From assembly GCA_964187785.1 (NCBI GenBank), contig OZ076409.1, positions 66,528,001 through 66,592,000 on the forward strand: 64,000 bases of DNA, in the 5' to 3' direction. This document shows positions 29,201 through 41,200 of the stretch, piece by piece. A program made the translations under genes and the position numbers. Under the pieces are notes generated by a model. The model did not search any database. It saw nothing but the letters and a program-made list of their open reading frames with translations, and was not told where the DNA came from. Source of the stretch: Amphiscolops sp. MND2022 (Eukaryota). The stretch's first letter is position 1. Each line of letters starts with the position of its first letter.

Positions 29201-32200
29201 TCATCTACAGAGATAAACTTATCCATAATATCCAGGAGAAATATGCACTGGTCACGTTGGTTGCCAACAGTCTCACTGATTACATGCAGAAAATGAAGTT
29301 GTACAGCAAGGAGAACCCCGAGTACAACCCCAACTGTGTCAAAGAGGGTTCACGGTTAGAAAAACGTCATCTAGGTTCTTTCATAGTTTCATTCAGGCTT
29401 TGGCTACATAACTAAGCAGAGTTTCAGAAGAAAAGACGGACTTTATAATCGGCTCATTTTATACGAAAACGTGCCCGACTATTACTGCGACTTTTTTCTC
29501 CAGACCACAGAGTTCACACTGAATCGTCCAGTTGCGACAGATTTTACGCCTTAGATCTAAAGCATACCAAAGGGTCCCCCTTTCAGTTTACCACATTTTT
29601 ATCTGATCTGAGATCGAATGGTCCCCCTTTGGGTATTTTTCCGGTACTTTTTTGAATTTTTTTATATCGACAAGGGTACCGACAAATCAGGTAGAGAAAA
29701 CCGTTTTTTGAACCTAAGGGATCGTCCGTGAATATTTTTTGGCACTGCGAAAATTCGATAAAAACAAAACACCTTTTAGCCCTAAATGGACCAGATAGTT
29801 TCTGCAAACTTCTAAACGCACCAATTGACCGCATGGTAGAAAAAACTCTTGAATAAGATTTTCAGACGATTTTACACATCATTGCACGCCTTTTCACGGA
29901 ATATTGACATGATGCCTCCGAAATTATGAAAATGGGGCCAAAAAATCAGAAAAAAAATTGAGCGCAGATTTTCCGTTTTTCCCGTTTTCGTTTGTGGCCA
30001 CTCTATCCTACTGGTATCAAAATATGGTCAAAGTGGACCTGGCATGTTTTCAAGGAGCCAGTGCCCCCAGCCCTGCAGTTCAAAAATTGATTTGAAAGCC
30101 CTGATACTCTTCATTCGAACGCGCTATAAATCGTTTGTCGGACTTGATTAGTTTAGTAATTGCAGTTTAAAGTTGAAGCACCAGATTTTTGAATGGATCC
30201 GAAATGTTGCTGGTCCATTTAGGGTTAATATATTAAACTTTAGCTATAAGAGAGACGCCGACTTTATGCGTTTTCGACTTGTTTATATTCACGGCAAAAA
30301 ATCAGGCGGCGTTACTTATCGAGCTTGAAATATCACTTTTTGAGGAGTTTAAAATAGTTTTTCTTAATTGTTTCCTTCAAGTCGTTTCAAATATAGAGCT
30401 TAATCAAATGATGTAGATTCAAGTGGACCAGTTTTACGCAATTTTGTGGTCGGAAAGTTTTTGGCTAACAATCAATTAATTGTCAAGAAAACAGTTCGCT
30501 CGATTGTGCGCATTTTTCTTGCTCATTTACACATTTGATGTTAGTCATTTGTACCTTGGAAATTCCAAGTTGGAATCAACCATTGGCGATATGAAATGGG
30601 AGTTTCCTTTTTTGGCTCTTAACATGAAATTTGGGGTGAATGTGGGTTTTGTGTTGCAGGTACACACATCTGCAACAAGTGGAGGAAAGACTGGACTTTT
30701 TGTGTTTTGTTTTAAAAGACGGACAACTGTGGCTTTGTCTGGCTCAAGCTGAGGACATCTGGGATTCACTGACTGAGAAATCTGTGTACAGAGAAGACAG
30801 ACAATGTTGTTTTCGGTGGTTCTCCAAACTTATGTCAGACGAGCCAGACTTGGACCCGGAGATCAGTGAAAACTTTTTTGCGTGTAAAATTTTGACTCTG
30901 GACACCAGTTTGCTTTCAGACGAAGGCATCGTTTGTTTTGATCACTTTTTTAAACTTGTCAACTGTCGGGCCAACAAGTTCAAGCAAACATCACGCAGTA
31001 AGTCGGGCTTCTTTTTACTAGACACGGAATTGATTGGGCTGAATTACTTGTGGAAAATAATTGTCAACTGCAGTGATGAGCTCGCTTCCAAAGCAATTCA
31101 TCTTCTCATTGAAATTTTTACCAATCTATCAGTGCAACTGAAATCGCAAGCTATCAAAATTTACAACCAGTTCATTGAGAAGTGCATGAGTTACCTGAAC
31201 GAATCCTTTTCCAAAGTGTGCAAAATTTCTGTCTCGGATAAAGACTTTCTCAACCTTGTCACAGAAGAAAACAATCGAATGCAAAGAGTTTTGACAGTGT
31301 TGAAAGAGTTCATTAGAAAAACAGATTCGGCGTTTCTCTCAGAAAGAAAATGTAGCCCACTGATAGAAGCTTGTTGCGGCAAATACTTGGTGCTAATTGT
31401 TCGTATCGTCAATACAAGCCGACAGATCGATGATTTTTCCATCGCTACCCATACACATGCAACTGTAGCCCATTTGCGCAAACTGATTCTGCAAAAGTTC
31501 AACTTCACAACGTCCAATGCAATCTGCGAAATTGGTTTCAACAACGCAATGATAGATTCCTGTTTTGACACGTTGACCTTGAAAGAGTATAAATTGGCCC
31601 ATAAGAGTCTGATTCTAGCAAAGGTCATGTCATGTTCACCTGGTGTGTCAATGGGAGCAGCTCCGGCTCTGCCGTCTAGTGATGAAGAAGATGACTTGGA
31701 TCAGCCAGCGTATACCAGAGGAGGACAAAACCAGGCTTTACATTCTTCAGGTGCCGGTCCGGTGGATACAAGCGACGCTGAGTGTCTCCTACCTTCGTCA
31801 ATTTTCAGCCAACAGAACGAACACCTTTGCACCCTTCTTAGAATATGTGATTGGGCCGCCCAACATCATCTCACTGCTCTTTGGAATACAATAAGGGATG
31901 AGAAAAAATTTTGATCGTTTCAAAAAGCTGACAATCTGAGTTATAAATGAACTACCAAGGACTGTTAGTTTTGAACAATATAAAATTACTTCGTTATGCA
32001 GTCAGTTTTTATTAATTGGCGTTTTCGAAGAAAAAGGTCGACTCCTACAATTGCTAGTTTTTTTCGTCAGTTCAACGCAATTGGTCACAATTTTTGTGCA
32101 CTGGGCACTTTTACCATAAGCACTTAGTACTTGATTTTGAACGCATCCAAAGCCTCTAACATGAAATACAAACCCATTCAAAAGCAGAAGCCCTCCCCCT

Positions 32201-35200
32201 TTTTCACTTTTTTCGGCACTGAGACTTCCCTCCTTTTTCGGCTTTGTGAGACTTTTCCGAAAATTTTTTAATGTCTCCAAAGGCTCCGTCTTTCAATTTT
32301 TTGATATTTCGCCAAATTGGATTTTCAAAAAGCCCAAAGCCCCTTGCAATTTTTGGAACTGAGATTTTTCCAAATGATTTTTCATCTTCGGATTTTTCCA
32401 AAATTAGGTTTTCTCAGCACGCTGTATCCGAATTTTTTTCAAGATCGGCGTTTTTTTCATGCGGGTTTTTCCTATGTTTTTATCGAAACCCCCTCTCGGT
32501 TTTTCTAGAAACGAAACGTTTCGCTCAATTTTCCCTTTTTTGAGAGGTTTTCGGTTGAGCAAGATGGGTTTTTGCTGTTTCCAGTTGGGGAAAAAGTGGT
32601 TTTTGAGTCATACGTATCGTTTCGGGTATTTTTTGGCGCTGTAAAATTGATGAAAAGTGTCCTTTTGCGTATTTAAAAAACTTTACCTTTTTGAACCTTG
32701 GAACGGCTGACTTGGGCCGTTCCCCTTGCTTGTTCATTTCCTGTTACCACCAAAAGCAATTAATTATATGTTATTTATAAATTGTTACATTGAGAACCGA
32801 TGCGATCTAGATCATTGGTACCTTTTCCAGCCAAAAAATCATTGTATCAACATATAGAATCTATAAAACGTTATCAAATCTTTTCCAATCAAGATTACTT
32901 TGTATTAGTTCATAGAATCAAAAATCAAAGTTGATAAGAGACGCTATGGAAATAGGACGCAAGGTTGTCTGAGTTTGAATATATTTAATTTTTAGTCGGT
33001 GCTATGTAGCTTTTTTCGACACTGTGCGATTGAGAACTTTTTCAAAATAAGATTTCTTGACGCTTTCAAGTACGTGTGCTTTTTGAGCCTATTTATGCCG
33101 TGGCTGGCTTGTTGACTAAAATTTATTCAAATACAGTCAATAATTTTTCATCCCTATGAATCTACCGTACCAGGCATCTAATCTCGCTTCTGCCCTGTGA
33201 CTCCCACGTGGCAGACAGAGTGAAGGCAGTGTGTGCTGATCACGCCACTGGCGAGGAGGTGTCACTCATGCCCACAGTCGAGTCTCTCTTCTTCTCCAAT
33301 TCCCCCAACCAGGTGCTATACTATTTGGAAGTGCTCCACGTCCTCTTGTTCCCCGCAGTCGACCCCCTCGGTGAAGAATCCAGATTGTTCCAAGTGAGTT
33401 TTCGTCATTTTGACATTCCGTGCTTGACAATGAACCCTCGCGAATGTTTGTACAACATTTCATTTTGCCTCATTTTGTAGATTCAGCACAGAGTGGGGTT
33501 TTTAACACCTCTCCGAGGTTTTTAACAGTTAACTAAAAACAAAAACTGCTGAAACTTAAAAAGTTGTTTTGAACAATTTAATCGCATTTTTCATCAGAAC
33601 GAAGCATCCTCATTATGAAAGCCAATTTCGTCGGTTTTTCTTGGCCGAGTGGATTACGAACGTCACTGTACATATCCCAGCGAAGAAAATGCTCTTTCAA
33701 TACCAGCAGATGATTGAGGCAAGTCAAATAAGACACATAAGTCGCCAATATCTTTAGTGATTTGGCCAGTCAATACCTGGGCTTTCACCCCAATTGACCT
33801 GGGCGTTTTTTTTTAAATTTTCAAAAAAATTGACAAAGAATTTTCAATCATAAATATCTCCAACTACGCGGACCTGAGGAACGAACTATAGCGCGTTTGA
33901 AAGCTTTGATATTGGGCTTTCATTTTGGTCAGCTGAGCCCCTGTCGCCGCCCGCCCCTTCCTTCAGAAATTTAGTTTCTTTCCGGTACCGCCGCTTTGCG
34001 GCAGTTCCGCACTTCGTGCGGCCCGCTGGGCGGCGGCTTGTGGTAACAACAGAATATTATAGGGGTATGTTGCACCAGGACTTGTGGCAGGGTATGTGGT
34101 TGGTTTTTTCTATTGATCAAAGACTTTTGAGAAAACTGGATTTCGTCAAAAACTGAATTTTGAGAAAATTTAACTATTTTTTGTTCAAAAAAAAAACATT
34201 TTTCTCAGTTTTGGAGACCTTTTTCTAATGCTTGTGCCATTCAAATCAATCTAGGTACCAATTACTTGTTGAAAAAAACTGTGCTAGAGAAAATGGGCTA
34301 CTGGCAAAAGGAATCAGAATTTGGAAAAAAGGTATGCTGCTTTAAAGCACCACTAGGTTCATTGGGGTTAACAAAATCTTCAACTTTGCAATTTACTTTG
34401 CTGAATGATTCTTTATAATCATCCTTTCTCGATCCCAAATATGTAATGAATTGAGAAATCAGTTATTCATTCGAAACAAGATCCTCCGCGTTTTTTATTT
34501 CCTTGGGAGACGTATTTCGGATGCAATAAATGGGCCAGAAACCATATAGGTGGTACTGAACGCGAATAGCGCTTTTCTGCAATTTCTAGTCAACACCATC
34601 AGCTATCGAGCTGTAATCAGCCTCGAGCACATCTAATGCTGCGGCAACAGGGGCGAGGCACTTTAATCCATCCTCAACATTTTTGTAGATTGCCAAATTT
34701 TTCAAAGTATCAGTTGCGCCAAGTAACCTTGATGAGTTTCCGTTTTCAATTTTTGTCACTCATCCTTCTGCTTGTAACCATGACATTGGCTGGTGACAAT
34801 TTTGAAATAGGGGGCGCAACTTCGTTTACTCGACTTACCAATTGTGATGATACCAAATCTTTTGCAAGAAGGTTGACCTGATGAGCAGCACATCCATATG
34901 CAATAAAGTTCCTTTTTAGTCGGCGCATTTTAGTAGAAAATGTGCCCGACTATTACAGTGGGTAGTTTTTTTTAGACACGAAAGGTCCACTTTTTTGTTC
35001 ATTTGTTCAACAACCTCAAACCTCAACAACTTCAAACCTCAACAACTCCAACCTCAGAAGCGCGTCCAAAACGAAAAGAAAAAACAAAACAGACGTCCAC
35101 AACCTCGAAATCACACTAAGGATCCCCCCACTTTTTTTCGGAACTATGCGACTTTTTGAAACTTTTTGGATTGAAATTTTTTCACCAAATGGTCCCCCCT

Positions 35201-38200
35201 TCAATTTTTAGGAGTCGGAAAAAATTTTCGACTACTTATGCAATCGTGCTGTTTTTTTTTCTTTTTGTTTTTTTCTCCCGACCTTTTCATGAAAATTTCA
35301 AATTTCTCAAAAACTGTCCATACGATTTTCACAAAATTTTGCACAGTCATTCTACACCCAAAGGGGCCCCTGCGTGTGCAAAGGCATCAAAATCGTATGG
35401 CCTGGATGTGAGAAACATAGCCAAAATTAGCCCAAAAATGGCCAAAAAACAGCCATTTTTCGACTTTTTTCGATTTTCTCAAAAACTGTCCATACGATTC
35501 GAACGAAATTTTCTACAGTTAGTCTACACCATATTAGAGTCCTATATGTGCAATGGCATCAAAATCGTATGGCTGGGATGTGAGAAACATAGCCAAAATT
35601 AGCCCAAAAATGGCCAAAAAACAGCCATTTTTCGACTTTTTTCGATTTTCTCAAAAACTGTCCATACGATTCGAACGAAATTTTCTACAGTCATTCTACA
35701 CCATATTATGGTCCTTTATGTGCAATTTCATTAAATTCGTATGGCTGAGATGTGAGAAACACAGCCAACTTTAGCCCAAAAATGGCCAAAAAAACAGTCA
35801 TTTTTCGATTTTTTCGATTTTCTCACAAACTGTTCATACGATTCGAACGAACGCGAGTCAGAAGGAAAAAGACTTAAGCCGACTCCTTTACCGCATATGC
35901 GGCTCTGGTTTTTGATGTTTTGCAACACAATGGATGTCAAAAAATCGCAAAGGGTCCCCCCTTTTACATTTTTCGGCACTGTGACACTGTTCAAAAATCT
36001 CATTGAGAAAAATTATTTTGGGAAATTTTTTCATGTCTCCTAAGGGTCCGCCCTTCAATTTTTTTAAATTTTTTTGCAACCAGCTGGAGTTTCACAAAGC
36101 CCGAAGGGTCCCCCTTTTAAATTTTGAGCCTTAGATATGGCGCCGACTTTGGCCGTTCTCGGCTTGTTTCTTCTCATTTTGACCATGTTCTCAGCATTGT
36201 CTGTTATAATTGCAGACACTTCAACACCAAAATCTTGTTTCATTTTGTCCATTTCATCTTCAGCAATGTCCGCCAAAATTTCACTAGTATGAGGAACCGA
36301 ACTAGCATCAATTGTCGAAATCAGATAAACATTTTATCAGATAAAGCAATTATTGACTCGTTCGAAATGTTGCTCCAAACATCCATGCAGATAGAAACTC
36401 GTTGACCATTAACGTTTTCCGCACATTTTTGTCCGCAAGTCGCTTCCGTGTGGGTGGCTTATATCCTGGGTTTAGTGCCTGACAATTCTTTAAACTCTCT
36501 GGACTCTACTGCTCGGAACGTCAAACTATTGGCAAAAAATTCCCACTTTCAGATCAAATTTATCTTGATCAGCTTTGCTTGTGGAAACAGTGAAATTTGT
36601 GATTCCGGGATGTTTTGGAGCTCTAGGGCTTTGCTCCCAATCTGTGTCATGATTTCCAAAGTGCTGGCGCATTTGTTTGGCGTTTCCAACCATCACTTTA
36701 TTGCACGTAATACATTCTGCTCTGTTTTCCCCTAGGTCTTGTCTTCCGTTAAAAAATTCCCAAATGGGGGTCTCGGGGTCGACCGTCACTCATTTCTACC
36801 TGAAAAAAAAACTTTTGAATTACCTGAAAAATTTTTGAATTGCGTTAAAAATATGTTAAAAACTAATGTTAATTAACGTTAAAAACATATGTTAAAAACA
36901 TGCGTGTTTTTAGCGTGCCCACCCTGATTCAGCAATCTGTTGCTTCACGTTTCCTCATGTTTTGCTCTGCCAGGGGTACTCGAGCGTAAATTAAGTGTAT
37001 TTCTTGGTTCTCCAAGATGAACGGTACCTAATTTGTGGTATTTCCCAGAGTTTCAGGTTCATATTTTGAAGAAATAGTAACAACAAAAATTGAGATGCTA
37101 TAACCAAGAGATGTGACAGCGAGAGCGATAGCGAAGTAAAATTCTGAAATTTAAATTAATATCTTGAAAATCGGTTTTTTTAATTAGCGATAGCGTTAGC
37201 GAACTCATTTTGTTGTAGCGATAGCGATGAAATCAAGCCATTAGCGATGTTAGCGATGAAGTGGTTAGCGATCACACCTCTGGCTATAACTATACCTATC
37301 TATCATGTTTCACTCGAGGCTGATTTATTTGAGGTTTTCTTCTCAAAAATTCTAAAGGGGGCTCAAGCTGGAGTGTTATTTATTCAAATAACAAAACCTG
37401 TATCCTCAGATTTGGATATTTTCATTCAAACTTATCCTTTTTACATTTTTTTTAGATTTCAAAAATTGTAAATGCTTTGAATCTACTTCGAGTTTATCCC
37501 AAAAAATGTAAGAATTGTATACTATTTGGAAATTCGTTGCATTTGAAGAAATTTTGTTGCACTCCGAAGGGTCTGATTTTCACATGTAGATATATGCAGA
37601 CGAATTGTAATAATGCCAATCAAACCACAGCATAATCCGGGTTTACCGATGGCCTAGGTTTGGCCTTAATGATGTTATAGTCTAAGGACGTTACAACCGA
37701 AGAACTTTATGCACTCTTAATAGAGCGCGGTGGAACACATATTACATTTATAAGCGGCTTGACTTAATAACCGGTGACGTTATCACCGGCTTACATTGTA
37801 AAAAAACTGTAAATTTTGAAATTTTTCATCTTTGTGCAGAAACATGAAGATTTAATTTTATAATTTAGGATCTCTTGCTTATTGAGTGCTTGAACAAAAG
37901 TCATTTTGACTGGTTCTTCCAGTCTCGTATGCCCACAAATCACAAGGTCTCAAGAAACCAGACGAATGAATCATTCATCGGAGATCATCTCTCCCTTTAA
38001 TTTTTTAATCTGTTTCAGATGCATTTCATAAAAGCCAGAGGAGTTGATGTCATTCTCGCCATGTTGACAAAAAACAACTTTCTATCCAATGCTGACATTT
38101 ATACTAAACGGTTAGTTGGTTGACCTTCTCCTGGAGCAAAAGTGAAGTGGTTTTCAGAATCGTTTCTTAACTTCTTCCTGAGCTGATCTGATTTACTTCC

Positions 38201-41200
38201 TTTCATTCAACTTTCGCCACCTCTTTAAGTGAAACTGTCAAGACCAAACGCGTTGCGAGAGGCGAAATTTCGTAATGAAGATCATTGGTATGGATACATT
38301 TTTTGCTTGAACAAAGTACTTTTTGCAGAAGTGCATACACTGTGGTGGTGAAAATGTCGAAGCTTCTCTATTGTTCGATCGGATTCGCGATTCTGCTCCA
38401 CTTGAAAAACTCACCTGATGCCCTGACATCTACTGCTTCGGCAACCTTTTCTGATGCAGATGGTGCTAAATCCTCGGCTGCTGCTGCCGCCCAAATCAAG
38501 TTCGAAGGCCTTGAGGTCTGGGGTTATCAAAAGTTGATTCTTCAGAAATGTTCTATTTTCCCTGTCAATTATTGTATTTTTCAAAAACCAGGTCTTCCAT
38601 GTTACCAAAGTCAGCTTGACAGTATCACGAATTTGAAGAAATTAAAATTTTTTCATTGGAACATTGTTTTCGAGCTTTCAAAGCTTATGATACCGGAGTT
38701 GATGTTTGAAAATCAGGTGTCTGAAAAACATAATAAAACTTTGATTTTCATTTTGGAAGGGTTGCGAAATATCGTTAAAAAATTGTGATATAAATTTGAT
38801 AATGCCTGCTGCTGAAGGTGGGAATGCGTTCAATCCCCAACTGCTTGGACAACATAATTTTGCGACAAGTGGCGTCTGTGTTGGCCTGCCACATGTACTC
38901 AAAATACTCATTATCGGAGACTGAGCAAATTATCCCTGACGAAAGCACCATCAAGTCGCTCTTCAAGTTGGCATGCTCACCCACTGGTTCTGTTACTTTC
39001 GACAGCTCCCATCATTTCTCAAGTCTGGGCGGCAGTGTTTCTGGTTGCGTGCCCCACAGCGAGGAAAACTCAGGACTCCCGGCTAACAAAGTGAACGCGT
39101 TGAAGGAACCCAGTCATGAAGATATAATGCTCTCATCGGAAGCTCTGGAGGTGTTAACCATCTGCTTCACTTTGAACCCATCACAGTTGGAAACGTTTTT
39201 GCAGAAGGAGCAGCAGTGGAATTTTTTGGTGCAAGAGATTCTAATCAAGTGTCCCGATAGGAGTCTGAGAGTGACGTGTTTGGATCAGTTGCTGTTAATA
39301 GCCACGCGGGCCAATGTGGCATCGCTACCACGTGTGGTCAACTTTTTTGTCTCAATTCTGCTGAAACAGATGACTTATGCTGCTAATAATGCCGACAGAA
39401 GCGACTCGTTCTTCAGGTCAGTTAATTAAAGCCTAGTTTCGAAAACAGATGAAACCAGACTGTTCTTGACTGTTTTTAGGAGTCGGAAAAAATTTTCGAC
39501 TACTTATGCAATCGTGCTGTTTTTTTTTCTCCCGACCTTTTCATGAAAATTTCAAATTTCTCGAAAACTGTCCATACGATTTTCACGAAATTTTGCACAG
39601 TCATTCTACACCCAAAGGGGCCCCTGCGTGTGCAAAGGCATCAAAATCGTATGGCTGGGATGTGAGAAACATAGCCAAAATTAGCCCAAAAATGGCCAAA
39701 AAACAGCCATTTTTCGACTTTTTTCGATTTTCTCTAAAACTGTCCATACGATTCGAACGAAATTTTCTACAGTTATTCTACACCATCTTAGAGTCCTATA
39801 TGTGCAATGGCATCAAAATCGTATGGCTGGGATGTGAGAAACATAGCCAAAATTAGCCCAAAAATGGCCAAAAAACAGCCATTTTTCGACTTTTTTCGAT
39901 TTTCTCAAAAACTGTCCATACGATTCGAACGAAATTTTCTACAGATATTCTACACCATATTAGAGTCCTATATGTGCAATGGCATCAAAATCGTATGACT
40001 GGGATGTGAGAAACATAGCCAAAATTAGCCCAAAAATGGTCAAAAAAGGGCCATTTTTCGACTTCAGAAGGAAAAAGACCTAAGCCGACTCCTTTACCGC
40101 ACATGCGGCTCTGGTTTGATTCCATGTTTTCTCGTTTTTTTATCAGTCATATTCCGAGTTCTATGCAAAAACATCGTAAAATCTCAGGTATGAGCGCCCA
40201 CGGTGTATAAATCTCAATAAATTTTGCGCAGTAGAGAAAATGCTTCCAGTATATTACGGAGGCGTCATTACCGCGTAATTTTCTTGTTTGTTACAAAATT
40301 TTGGTTTGAGACAGCGCTGAAGAAAAAATAGGATGCGGGTTTACCAACCGTTTTCAATGTCTCATAGAATGTCGATGAGCTACAGTTATAATGTACCGAA
40401 GTTTGTCCAAAAATTTCCAAAGTCTAGTGCGCATGTTTTCCACAATAAGCCGTAGTGGTATGAAAAGTACCCTCGATTTTGTTGAAAGATAGATCAGGAA
40501 GTTTAGAAAAGTTGATGTGGATCTGGAACCGATGTTATGAACGTTGACTTGATTTAACTGCTTTAGATTGGTGTGCAAGTTGTTGGAATACGCGCGATTC
40601 CTCAATATATCGATTGAGAACTTGTCGCAATACCTTTCGCAAGAGATCACCTTCATAGACGAGACTAGAAACAACTGGCTGTCTGCAGTGGGGGTCGAGA
40701 AGGAAATGACGTTACCACATGATTTTTTTCTGTGTGGCAGACTTAATTTATGTCGCGAGCTGGTCTCCTTCACCAACGACGAGGTCGACAAGATCGTCCC
40801 GGGGTGCTCTTCGTTGATACAGGTTAATTTGTTCGTTCACTAATTAACCTTAAGCTGTTTATAAAAGTTAAATTGTAATGAAATTCTTACCTTTCAATTC
40901 AAAACATTGAATGAATTGAAATTTAGGTCGATAGAATTGAAATCAGGGGTGAGCAAATGAATATTATAATATATTGGACCATGTGTTCAATTTCACGACC
41001 CCCCCCGCCCAGGTACACCTTGTTGGGAGTTTCCACTCCCCACCCCCAACACGAAACCACATTTTGTTCTTGAATAAAAATATGAGAATATTATATGAAT
41101 GTATATACTTAGAGGATTGTCTCCACAACTGTTCGGACACTTCAGGCAAAAAAAATACCATAATTTTTTGGTATTATTGTCCAAAATAGCAGAAATTCAC

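Larger units (their letters stand above)
33489..36926 (-). mobile_element. Decayed hAT DNA transposon with transposase pseudogene and three nested insertions
   Basis: 8-bp TSD ATTCAGCA (33481-88, 36927-34); termini CAGAGTGGG / CCCACCCTG; BED finger (IWEFF...CITC...MRQH), [20 protein letters not shown]-terminal [13 protein letters not shown] (about 33675-33730, minus strand). Confidence 0.9.

Noticed and set aside
31895..31900. Reading the non-canonical donors as GA-AG (AGG|GATG)
   Set aside because: Shifting by one base makes the intron 3' ends GG, GT and GT instead of AG, or breaks the frame; only GG-AG fits all three.
35230..35830. Regular repeats as a CRISPR array
   Set aside because: Full-length 172-bp tandem units without unique spacers, inside a eukaryotic transposon; no cas genes.
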